From contig OY775910.1 of the NCBI GenBank assembly GCA_963675245.1, forward strand, positions 1,120,001-1,184,000: a stretch of DNA of 64,000 nucleotides, in the 5' to 3' direction. The position numbers were made by a program, and so were the translations under genes. This DNA is from Acholeplasmataceae bacterium (GTDB lineage: Bacteria > Bacillota_I > Bacilli_A > Acholeplasmatales > Acholeplasmataceae). Positions 1 through 8,835 of the stretch are shown here, one piece after another (positions within the stretch are counted from its first letter, which is position 1; each line of letters begins with the position of its first letter). The notes under the pieces are model-generated. The model ran no database searches, was not told the DNA's origin, and saw only the letters and a list, made by a program, of their open reading frames with translations.

Positions 1-2
1 TA

Positions 3-1817
3 GAATACATTATCTTAAAACTTTATTATACGAAACCAGAACGATTAAGAGAAATCATATCGATCTTATTAGATCAGATGGTGATTGAGTCCTTAATCGA
101 TTTCATCAACCATAATAAAAATGAAAAACTTGAGCGCTTTTTATTAGCCATCATGAAGAATCATGCCGGTCTTAATGAAGAGATGACAAGACAGTTTAGA
201 ATCTATTTGGATCCAGAAATACTCGCGACCATGGGACTGGATAAACTCGTTCCAGAGCGAAAAACAAGAGATAAACCACCCATTGAAAAAACAAAGATTA
301 GATGGATATTTAAATGGGTCGCGTTCACGATCATCTTACTACCTTTAATTTATATGATCCTTCATATTAATACCATTTGGACGACAGATATTAATGACAC
401 CTTAAAAGGGTATGTCATTGGTGTTAATGAGTACATGGTTGTTTATTTTGGGGTCATTAATATCATTTATACAGTTTTGTTGTTACTATCATTTGTGGGG
501 TCTAGAAGACAAGTCGCTCTCGCTAATACAAGAAAGAAAACATTATTATTCTCAGAAAAGCTTCTACCAGGTATTTCTATTATCGCACCTGCTTATAATG
601 AGTCATTATCAATCATTGAGAGTGTAACAAGCTTACTTAATTTAAAGTATCCTGATTATGAAGTCGTTGTCGTTAATGACGGTTCTAAAGATAATACGTT
701 ACAAATATTAATTGACCATTTTGAATTAGAAAGAAAACACGCACCTGTTAATTTGTCATTGAACACTAAAAACATTCGGGCTATTTATTTAACGAAAACC
801 ATTCCGAATCTTTTAGTGGTTGATAAAGAAAATGGTGGGAAAGCAGACGCGTTAAATGTCGGTATTAACGTCAGTAAGAAATCATTTGTTTGCGGGATTG
901 ACGCAGATAGTATTTTAGAAGGGGACGCATTATTAAAACTCGCATCAGCGATGCTTGATGATACCAATACGTATGTGGCATTAGGTGGTAATATTTATCC
1001 AGCTAATGGGTTTAAGTTTGATAAAGGTAAAGCAGAATATAGAGGGATCCCAGAAGAGAATGTGTGTCGTTTCCAATCCATTGAATACTTAAGAGCATTC
1101 ACGAGTGGTCGGATCGGATGGAGCATGATGAATTCACTCATGATCATTTCTGGTGCTTTCGGGTTATTTAAAAAGGATTTGCTCATTGAGACAGGTGGTT
1201 ATTTAACCAGCAGTAGTAAACTAAAAAAAGATACTGTTGGTGAAGATATGGAGCTTGTTGTAAGACTCACAAGACAAGCCTTAGAAAGAAAAGATAAATA
1301 TAAAGTTAAATATGTCTATAATGCTTATTGTTATACAGAACTACCGAGTGATATGAAGACGCTTTTAAAGCAGAGAAATCGTTGGCAACGTGGATTAATT
1401 GATATCTTGTCATATCATAGAAAGATAGGCTTTAATCCTAAATATAAACAAATAGGCTTAATCGGTTATCCTTATTTCTTCATCTTTGAATTCTTAGGAC
1501 CATTCTTTGAAACACAAGGGTATATCATGTTAGCCTTAGGGTTAATCTTTGGTTGGTTGACACCTACAGTCATATTAGCGATATTCACGGTATCAATATT
1601 GTTTGGTGTGGTGATCTCATTATCATCATTATTCATGTCAGAAAAAGAAATTAAGATGATGAGTACTAGTGAGTTAATGGTGATGTTAGGCTACGCAATT
1701 ATGGAGAATTTCGGATATCGACAATTGATTAGTGTGCACCGGATGTTCTCAACATTTAGTGCAATTAGAGAAACGGGTCAATGGGGTGCACAGAAGCGTA
1801 AAGGATTCAACACATAA
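3..1817 (+). CDS. Membrane processive GT2 glycosyltransferase (PgaC/IcaA-like), 5'-truncated by the window edge
   Basis: The frame is open from base 3 (EYIILKLYY...) into the ORF track start at 78. Motifs APAYNE, NDGSKD, GGKADALN, DADS, DTVGED and QRNRW (D,D,D,QxxRW), with flanking TM helices. Confidence 0.85.
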   Translation, partial: EYIILKLYYTKPERLREIISILLDQMVIESLIDFINHNKNEKLERFLLAIMKNHAGLNEEMTRQFRIYLDPEILATMGLDKLVPERKTRDKPPIEKTKIRWIFKWVAFTIILLPLIYMILHINTIWTTDINDTLKGYVIGVNEYMVVYFGVINIIYTVLLLLSFVGSRRQVALANTRKKTLLFSEKLLPGISIIAPAYNESLSIIESVTSLLNLKYPDYEVVVVNDGSKDNTLQILIDHFELERKHAPVNLSLNTKNIRAIYLTKTIPNLLVVDKENGGKADALNVGINVSKKSFVCGIDADSILEGDALLKLASAMLDDTNTYVALGGNIYPANGFKFDKGKAEYRGIPEENVCRFQSIEYLRAFTSGRIGWSMMNSLMIISGAFGLFKKDLLIETGGYLTSSSKLKKDTVGEDMELVVRLTRQALERKDKYKVKYVYNAYCYTELPSDMKTLLKQRNRWQRGLIDILSYHRKIGFNPKYKQIGLIGYPYFFIFEFLGPFFETQGYIMLALGLIFGWLTPTVILAIFTVSILFGVVISLSSLFMSEKEIKMMSTSELMVMLGYAIMENFGYRQLISVHRMFSTFSAIRETGQWGAQKRKGFNT

Positions 1818-1860
1818 TACAATATTTATTGATGATCTGATAAAAGAATAGATACATTCT

Positions 1861-1897
1861 AAAAACTGCAATATACATAAAGTGATTGCAGTTTTTT
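1861..1897 (+). terminator. Intrinsic terminator after the GT2 gene
   Basis: AAAAACTGCAAT...ATTGCAGTTTTTT inverted repeat followed by a T-run. Confidence 0.75.
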
Positions 1898-1941
1898 ATT
1901 TTGTGCTAGTAATAATTATACAGAATTAATATAATAAATCA

Positions 1942-1970
1942 TTGCGAAAATAATGAAATCAAAGTAGAAT
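1942..1970 (+). promoter_or_regulatory. Sigma-70-type promoter upstream of the abi gene
   Basis: TTGCGA (1942-1947), 17 bp spacer, TAGAAT (1965-1970). Confidence 0.5.
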
Positions 1971-2078
1971 AGATTTAACGGGGAACATAATCGGCAACTT
2001 TTGTAAATTAACAGATAGGTCAAAGATATGTGTCTTTGATTATTTTTTATTTAAAGCATATGATAATGGAGATTTAGA

Positions 2079-3059
2079 ATGAGCGCAAAAAATTTTCTAA
2101 AATTAACTGATCAAATTGATAAATTAAATGATGAGAAAAAAATACTTGTAAAAGGAAAAGTGTCTAGAGAGTATCTAGTTAGAAACGGCTACTTTAATTT
2201 AATAAATGGTTATAAAGATTATTTTTGCAGATCAAATAGTGGTACAAGAGTATATTATGATAACATTAAAATTGATCAATTTAAATCTGTAATGAATTTT
2301 GATAGAAATTTACGAAAAATCATATTTAAATATGTAACACAGATAGAAGAAGAGATTGGAGCAATATTTGGTTATTTCTTTGAGATGGATATGGTTGCCC
2401 GTGATAAAAATTGGGGAGATATGTCATTATATTGTTATAAAAATAGAAAAACTGGAAGAGAGATGCTTTCTAGAATCTATGGAGATATTTCAAAACGAAG
2501 TAATGAATATTTATATCATTATGAAAATAAGCACAGTTATTTGCCTTCGTGGATAATGATTAAGGCTTTGACGTTTGGGAACTTAATAAAATTGATTAGC
2601 TACACTGATGACAAGTATAAGATGAAAATATGTGATTTATATAAAATTGATTACAAAAAGCAAAAGCAAACGTATAGAAGAATTGTGTCAATGCTAAGTT
2701 TAATCAACGCATTAAGAAATAAAATCGCCCATTCAGAAAGAATTATTGATTTCAAAGGACACAAAGATAATAATAGAGTGATTACAAAGTACCACAAAAC
2801 ATTAACATATGATAATATTCAACAAGAATCACTAATTGATGCTATATTATATATGAAAATGTTAATTCCGGGAAAAGAATACGTACATTTAATAAATGAG
2901 ATAGGACATGAATTAAATAACCTTAAAGAAAATATCCACAATAATGCTTTTTTAAAAATTTGTAACAATATTGGTTTAGACACTAGTAAGAATCATAAAA
3001 AAGCACTTAATGATATGAAAGTACCATCTCATATAATTAATTATGTTGAATTAATATAG
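2079..3059 (+). CDS. Abi_2 (AbiD/AbiF-like) HEPN-domain abortive infection / toxin protein
   Basis: N-terminal GYFNLINGYKDYF, FDRNLRKIIF...IEEEI, LPSWIMIKALTFGNL and the HEPN motif LRNKIAH (RxxxxH). Visibly more AT-rich than its neighbours. Confidence 0.85.
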   Translation: MSAKNFLKLTDQIDKLNDEKKILVKGKVSREYLVRNGYFNLINGYKDYFCRSNSGTRVYYDNIKIDQFKSVMNFDRNLRKIIFKYVTQIEEEIGAIFGYFFEMDMVARDKNWGDMSLYCYKNRKTGREMLSRIYGDISKRSNEYLYHYENKHSYLPSWIMIKALTFGNLIKLISYTDDKYKMKICDLYKIDYKKQKQTYRRIVSMLSLINALRNKIAHSERIIDFKGHKDNNRVITKYHKTLTYDNIQQESLIDAILYMKMLIPGKEYVHLINEIGHELNNLKENIHNNAFLKICNNIGLDTSKNHKKALNDMKVPSHIINYVELI

Positions 3060-3067
3060 TGTTACTA

Positions 3068-3096
3068 TTGCAATTATTAATACAATGCTATATACT
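3068..3096 (+). promoter_or_regulatory. Promoter immediately downstream of the abi stop codon
   Basis: TTGCAA (3068-3073), 17 bp spacer, TATACT (3091-3096). Confidence 0.7.
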
Positions 3097-3100
3097 ACAT

Positions 3101-3160
3101 GTAGAGAATCCGGTTTATACTGGATGAAGGTGCTTTCGTTTAGAAGGCACTTTCTTTTTT
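3101..3160 (+). ncRNA. Putative ~60-nt two-hairpin small RNA, candidate antitoxin of the Abi_2 protein
   Basis: Own promoter. Hairpin ATCCGGT/ACTGGAT (3108-3125), then hairpin GAAGGTGCTTTC/GAAGGCACTTTC (3126-3154), then T6. The stems rely on G-U pairs on the + strand. No meaningful ORF. Confidence 0.55.
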
Positions 3161-3254
3161 ATGTAGAGCAATAATAAATACAATATATATTTCAATTTAT
3201 TTGTTTTAAAAAAATTTTTTTTTGATATAATGTTCAAAAGGGATAAGTAGGGAA

Positions 3255-6200
3255 GTGGATTTATTGAAAAAACAAGGTTTATATAATCCTATTTTCGAGC
3301 ATGATGCTTGTGGTATAGGAGTTATAGCTAATATAGATGGACATAAAGATCATCAAACCATTGATGATGCTTTGTCTGTGATTGAAAACCTCAATCACAG
3401 AGGCGCATCAGGATCTGATATGGTCACTGGAGATGGGGCAGGTATATTAATCCAAATGCCTCACTCTTTTTTTAATGACGTCTTATCATTTGATGTCCCT
3501 GATCAAGGAAAATATGCCGTTATCCAATCCTTCCTTTCACAAAATAGATCTATTGCAGAAAAACAATTAAAAATCATTGAAGTCCTATTACCTCAATATA
3601 ACTATCAATTACTAGGTATTAGAGAAGTACCTTCAGCTAAACATATACTAGGTAAGATAGCCATCGATTCTATGCCTACAATGATGCAGCTATTTATCAC
3701 ATCACGTCAATCATTTAAAGATAATGAAGCATTTGAATTTGATTTATATAAGTTAAGAAAGAATATCGAAAACCATTTTAAGAGATATAACAAAAATGAG
3801 TATTTCTATATTGCTTCACTAAGTAGTAAAACAATCGTTTATAAAGGGATGCTGACATCCCTACAATTAAGACATTTCTTTATTGACCTACAAGACTTAA
3901 GGTTTGAATCTGCGTTTGCGTTAGTGCATGCCCGTTTTTCAACCAATACATTTCCATCATGGCATCGCGCTCATCCGAACCGCTACATGATTCACAATGG
4001 CGAGATTAATACCATTAGAGGAAATGTTAACTGGATGAAATCCAGACAAGATCGTTTAAAGAAAGATAATCAAGAGATTCAAGATATGTTACCGATCATC
4101 GATGAAACAGGGTCTGATTCATCGATGTTTGATAATGCCTTAGAATTCCTACATATATCTGGTAGAAGTTTACCTCACGCACTCATGATGATGATTCCTG
4201 AACCATGGGAAAACAATTTAGAGATGAATGAAGAGAAGAAAGCCTTCTATGAATTCCATAACTTCTTAATGGAACCATGGGAAGGACCTGCAGCGATTGC
4301 TGCATCCGATGGTGATGTCATTGTCGCTTCCTTAGACCGTAATGGCTTACGTCCTTCTAGATACACCATCACAAAAGATAACCGTCTCATTCTTGCGAGT
4401 GAAGTGGGTGTTCTAGATATTAAACCAGAAAACATCTTACAAAAGGGAAGACTCATGCCAGGTAAGATGCTTGTTGTAGATCTTCATCAGAAACGAATCA
4501 TTTCTGATGAAGAGATGAAAATGTCACTAGCGAAGAAACATGACTATCAAAGTTATATCAATAAACATTTAATATCCTTAAAGGATTTTGAAACGACACC
4601 GCAAGCAAGACCGATTGAAAAGGCGAATCTTATCACGCTTCAAAAAGCTTATGGATACACCAATGAAGACATTGAAAAGATCATCACACCCATGGCGGAA
4701 TATGGTAAAGAACCGATTGGCTCCATGGGCTTTGACGCGCCACTTGCCATACTATCTAGTAAACCCCATTTGCTTTATAATTATTTTCAACATACTTTCG
4801 CACAAGTCACGAATCCTCCTTTAGATGGTTTAAGAGAAAAGATTATCACCTCATCCAAAGTGATGATGGGTAATATGGGACATCTCTTAAATCCGTTTAG
4901 AGAGTCTAAATACGCAACCTTATTAGATGGACCCATTATCACCAATGGTCAACTCGCGGATATTAAATCATTTGACAATAAAATCTTTAAAACAAAGACG
5001 ATATCGACCTTATATCCTAAAGCGTATGGGACATCCTATTTAAAAAAACATTTAGATCATATGTTTGAAGAAGTGCTTGATGCTTATAATGATGGTTATA
5101 ATCTATTTATCTTATCCGATAGAGGATTAGATAAAGATCATGTATCAGCACCGATGTTGCTCGCTGTTGCAGGATTACATCATTTCTTTATCAATGAAGA
5201 AATCAGAACGGAAGTCACCATTATATGTGAAACAGCAGATGCACGTGAAGTACATCACTTTGCTGCTTTATTTGGCTATGGTGTGACACTGATTAACCCA
5301 TACCTTGCTTATGAAACGTTAAAAGATTTAACGTATTCAGGTAAACTTAAAAACCATACACACTATACACCCGCAAAACATCAATACATCAAAGCGTCTG
5401 TGGATGGCATGATGAAGATCTTATCGAAGATGGGCATTTCCACTTTAAGAAGTTATCATGGCACGCAACTATTTGAAGCGGTAGGTATTCATGAAGATGT
5501 CATTAACGCATACTTCACTGGTACTGTCACGAGAATTGGTGGCCTAAACTTAGAAGATATTGCACGTGAGATGCATAAGCTTCATGATCTTGCTTATAAA
5601 GCAGAAGAACCACTTGATTTAGGGAGCAGGTACTTTAGAAAGAAACATGGTGAACCACATCTCATCACACCTCAAGTCGTTAATCTCATGCATAAAGCTG
5701 CGAGAGAAAACGATCTTGATGCTTATCAAAAAGTCACTAAAGAACTTTATGACATGGCACCTGTTTATCTACGCCACTTATTAGCCTTTAAAGAACATTC
5801 AAATCCGATAGACATTCATGACGTAGAACCAGTTGAAAGTATTTTAAAAACCTTTAAATCTGGTGCGATGAGTTATGGCTCTATTTCACAAGAAGCGCAT
5901 GAGACAGTCGCGATCGCGATGAACCGGATGCAGGCGAAATCTAATTCAGGTGAAGGTGGCGAAGATCCTTCTAGATATGAAGCGAAAGATCCACGCTTTA
6001 ATAAATCATCAGCGATTAAACAAATCGCTTCAGGTCGATTCGGTGTGACCTTAGATTATTTAATTCACGCGAAAGAAATTCAAATCAAAATGGCACAAGG
6101 TGCGAAACCTGGTGAAGGTGGTCATCTTCCTGGTGAAAAGGTGTATCCATGGATCGCGAAAACGAGACATGCGAAACCTTGGGTGAGTTTGATCTCTCCA

Positions 6201-7655
6201 CCACCGCATCATGATATCTATTCCATTGAGGATTTAGCAGAACTCATTTATGATTTAAAGAAAGCGAATCACGATGCGAAGATTAGTGTGAAACTCGTTT
6301 CGCAAATGGGTGTCGGTACGGTCGCGGTAGGGGTAGCTAAAGGATTCGCTGATAAGATCTTAGTGTCTGGTTATGATGGTGGAACTGGGGCTGCACCTTT
6401 AAGCTCTCTTCAACATGCAGGACTTCCTTGGGAGCTCGGACTTTCAGAAGTGCATCAAACGCTTCAATTAAATAAATTAAGACATAGAGTTATTTTAGAA
6501 ACGGATGGAAAACTATTAACGGGTCGAGATGTCGCGATTGCGGCAATCTTAGGAGCGGAAGAATTTGGGTTCGCAACACTCCCATTATTACTCGTCGGTT
6601 GTGTGATGCTTAGACGTTGTCATGAAAACACGTGTCCTGTCGGTATCGCGACACAAAATGAAGACTTAAGAAAGAAGTTTAAAGGTGAACCAGAACATAT
6701 CACTAACTATTTTCATTTTGTCGCGAATGAGTTGAGAGAGATTATGGCCTCATTAGGCGTAAGATCATTAAAAGAACTTGTTGGTAGAACGGACTTGTTA
6801 GGATTGAAAGACAATATTGAAAGTGATAAATTAAAGACCATCGATTTTTCAAAGATCTTACATCAATCAACGTCTACGCAAGAGACAAACCAGATGACAC
6901 AAGATACAGAAACATCGTTAGATGAAGAAGTACTCATGCCAATCATTCGGTCCCTTCCTCATCTTGATCAACCAAAAAACTATCAATTCAATATTATTAA
7001 CACCAATCGAAGTGTTGGTACATATGTCGGTTCTTATATGAAGAAGCATTATAAAGACACGTTAAATGATGATACATTAACGATTGACTTTAAAGGCTCA
7101 GCTGGTCAATCATTTGGGGCATTTCTTCCTAAAGGAATTACACTTCGTTTAGAAGGAGATGCGAACGATTATTTAGGTAAAGGTTTATCTGGAGGAAAGA
7201 TCGTCGTCAAACCATCTAAACATATGAGTTATAAACCTGAAGATAATATCATTATCGGTAATGTCGCTTTTTATGGTGCGACATCAGGGATTGGTTATAT
7301 TCGTGGTGTTGTCGGTGAAAGGTTCGCAGTTAGAAACTCTGGTGCGACCCTCATCGTCGAAGGTGTAGGTGATCACGCCTGTGAGTACATGACGGGTGGC
7401 ACAGTCATGATATTAGGTGAAACTGGTAGAAATATGAGTGCTGGTATGAGTGGTGGCACACTTTATGTCTACAACTTAGATAAACATAAACTTAATACAG
7501 CGATGGTTGAAGCAGTTGCCTTAGATGAGTCAGATGATAATTTCATTAAAGATATCCTAAAAGATTACATCATTAAAACAGAATCATCTTATGCTAAATC
7601 AATTTTAGAGACGTATCAATCATCTTCGTTTCATAAGATAACTGCCAAAGTTTAA
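3255..7655 (+). CDS. gltB: Glutamate synthase large subunit
   Basis: HDACGIG (N-terminal catalytic Cys), HARFSTNTFPSW, HNGEINT, MSYGSIS, QGAKPGEGGHLPG, and the 3Fe-4S motif CVMLRRCHENTC; 1466 aa. Confidence 0.97.
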   Translation: MDLLKKQGLYNPIFEHDACGIGVIANIDGHKDHQTIDDALSVIENLNHRGASGSDMVTGDGAGILIQMPHSFFNDVLSFDVPDQGKYAVIQSFLSQNRSIAEKQLKIIEVLLPQYNYQLLGIREVPSAKHILGKIAIDSMPTMMQLFITSRQSFKDNEAFEFDLYKLRKNIENHFKRYNKNEYFYIASLSSKTIVYKGMLTSLQLRHFFIDLQDLRFESAFALVHARFSTNTFPSWHRAHPNRYMIHNGEINTIRGNVNWMKSRQDRLKKDNQEIQDMLPIIDETGSDSSMFDNALEFLHISGRSLPHALMMMIPEPWENNLEMNEEKKAFYEFHNFLMEPWEGPAAIAASDGDVIVASLDRNGLRPSRYTITKDNRLILASEVGVLDIKPENILQKGRLMPGKMLVVDLHQKRIISDEEMKMSLAKKHDYQSYINKHLISLKDFETTPQARPIEKANLITLQKAYGYTNEDIEKIITPMAEYGKEPIGSMGFDAPLAILSSKPHLLYNYFQHTFAQVTNPPLDGLREKIITSSKVMMGNMGHLLNPFRESKYATLLDGPIITNGQLADIKSFDNKIFKTKTISTLYPKAYGTSYLKKHLDHMFEEVLDAYNDGYNLFILSDRGLDKDHVSAPMLLAVAGLHHFFINEEIRTEVTIICETADAREVHHFAALFGYGVTLINPYLAYETLKDLTYSGKLKNHTHYTPAKHQYIKASVDGMMKILSKMGISTLRSYHGTQLFEAVGIHEDVINAYFTGTVTRIGGLNLEDIAREMHKLHDLAYKAEEPLDLGSRYFRKKHGEPHLITPQVVNLMHKAARENDLDAYQKVTKELYDMAPVYLRHLLAFKEHSNPIDIHDVEPVESILKTFKSGAMSYGSISQEAHETVAIAMNRMQAKSNSGEGGEDPSRYEAKDPRFNKSSAIKQIASGRFGVTLDYLIHAKEIQIKMAQGAKPGEGGHLPGEKVYPWIAKTRHAKPWVSLISPPPHHDIYSIEDLAELIYDLKKANHDAKISVKLVSQMGVGTVAVGVAKGFADKILVSGYDGGTGAAPLSSLQHAGLPWELGLSEVHQTLQLNKLRHRVILETDGKLLTGRDVAIAAILGAEEFGFATLPLLLVGCVMLRRCHENTCPVGIATQNEDLRKKFKGEPEHITNYFHFVANELREIMASLGVRSLKELVGRTDLLGLKDNIESDKLKTIDFSKILHQSTSTQETNQMTQDTETSLDEEVLMPIIRSLPHLDQPKNYQFNIINTNRSVGTYVGSYMKKHYKDTLNDDTLTIDFKGSAGQSFGAFLPKGITLRLEGDANDYLGKGLSGGKIVVKPSKHMSYKPEDNIIIGNVAFYGATSGIGYIRGVVGERFAVRNSGATLIVEGVGDHACEYMTGGTVMILGETGRNMSAGMSGGTLYVYNLDKHKLNTAMVEAVALDESDDNFIKDILKDYIIKTESSYAKSILETYQSSSFHKITAKV

Positions 7656-7779
7656 CAATGAAAACACTTTCTTAACACATAATGTAGGAAATCAAAAAAA
7701 CATCCTTTTATTTACAGGTCATATACGATAAAATGTGTTCATATAAATCTATACAATTCATTATACGAGGTAATAGGCA

Positions 7780-8835
7780 ATGAAACTTTTTATCCCAGGA
7801 CCCGTCGATGTAAGACCAGAAGTACTTGACGCACTCCGTCACGAACAAATTAGTCATCGTAGTAAAGATATATCAATACTACAAGCACGTATTGAATCAA
7901 ACTTACAAAAAATATGGTATACAAAAAACGCAGTTCTTCTATCTTCGTCCTCTGGGACGGGTGCCATGGAAATGGCACTTCGTTCACTGACAAAGAAAAA
8001 GGCTGCGGTTTTTTCTTGTGGGGCATTTGGTGATCGCTTTTATGAGATTGCAACATATAATGCGTTAGATGTTGATTTTTACCGGTTTGATGATGGTAAA
8101 CCGATTGATCTAAATGTCTTTGAAGAAGTGTTAAATAAAGGGATATATGACACCATTACCGTTACCCATAATGAAACATCCACCGGTGTCATGAATGATT
8201 TAGATTCATTAAGTAAGATTTGGGGAAAACATCCAGAAGTGGTTGTTATCGTGGATGCTGTGTCAAGCTTCGCGGGTGTGAAAATCCCCGTTGATGACTT
8301 AAAGATAGATGTTTGTGTCGCGTCTTCTCAAAAAGCGTTAGGACTGCCTCCTGGGCTTGCTGTGTTATCTGCGAGTGATAAGGCAGTTAAACGTATGAAT
8401 GAAATTGGCTATCGTGGTTATTATCTTGACTTAAAACGTGTCTATGAAAAACACATCCAATCTCATCAGTATCCAACAACGCCTAATACCGCGTTAATGC
8501 ACGCGCTTGATGTGCAATTAGACTATATTGTGAATGTCGAGGGGATAGAAAACAGATTTAAGCGTCATAAGGAGCTTGCTGAGTACACGAGAGATTGGGT
8601 AAACAAACATTTTGAATGTTTTGCAGAAGAGGGTTACCGGTCAGATACAGTCACGTCAGTCATTAATTCAAAAGGGTTAGACTTAGATGACGTTAAAGCG
8701 ACACTCAAAGCGAAGGGTTACATATTTTCTCAAGGTTATGGAAAATACAAACAAAGAGCCTTTAGAATTCCACATATGGCTGATCGGACGTTAGATGACT
8801 TAAAAGCGTATTTAAAGGAGATTGAATCCTTATGA
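7780..8835 (+). CDS. Class V PLP aminotransferase (alanine-glyoxylate family; probably the phosphoserine aminotransferase here)
   Basis: LFIPGP, THNETSTGV, VDAVSS, SSQKALGLPPG (PLP lysine). Overlaps the serA-like gene by ATGA. Confidence 0.85.
   Translation: MKLFIPGPVDVRPEVLDALRHEQISHRSKDISILQARIESNLQKIWYTKNAVLLSSSSGTGAMEMALRSLTKKKAAVFSCGAFGDRFYEIATYNALDVDFYRFDDGKPIDLNVFEEVLNKGIYDTITVTHNETSTGVMNDLDSLSKIWGKHPEVVVIVDAVSSFAGVKIPVDDLKIDVCVASSQKALGLPPGLAVLSASDKAVKRMNEIGYRGYYLDLKRVYEKHIQSHQYPTTPNTALMHALDVQLDYIVNVEGIENRFKRHKELAEYTRDWVNKHFECFAEEGYRSDTVTSVINSKGLDLDDVKATLKAKGYIFSQGYGKYKQRAFRIPHMADRTLDDLKAYLKEIESL

Noticed and set aside
1816..3186. AATACAATAT direct repeat as a target-site duplication around the abi insert
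   Set aside because: Almost entirely A/T in a very AT-rich context, and it would place the GT2 terminator inside the insert; probably chance.
7780..8835. Class V aminotransferase as the AEP transaminase of the phosphonate pathway
   Set aside because: It is 24 kb from aepXY and coupled to serA, and the phosphonate module has its own reductase; a serine-pathway role is more parsimonious.
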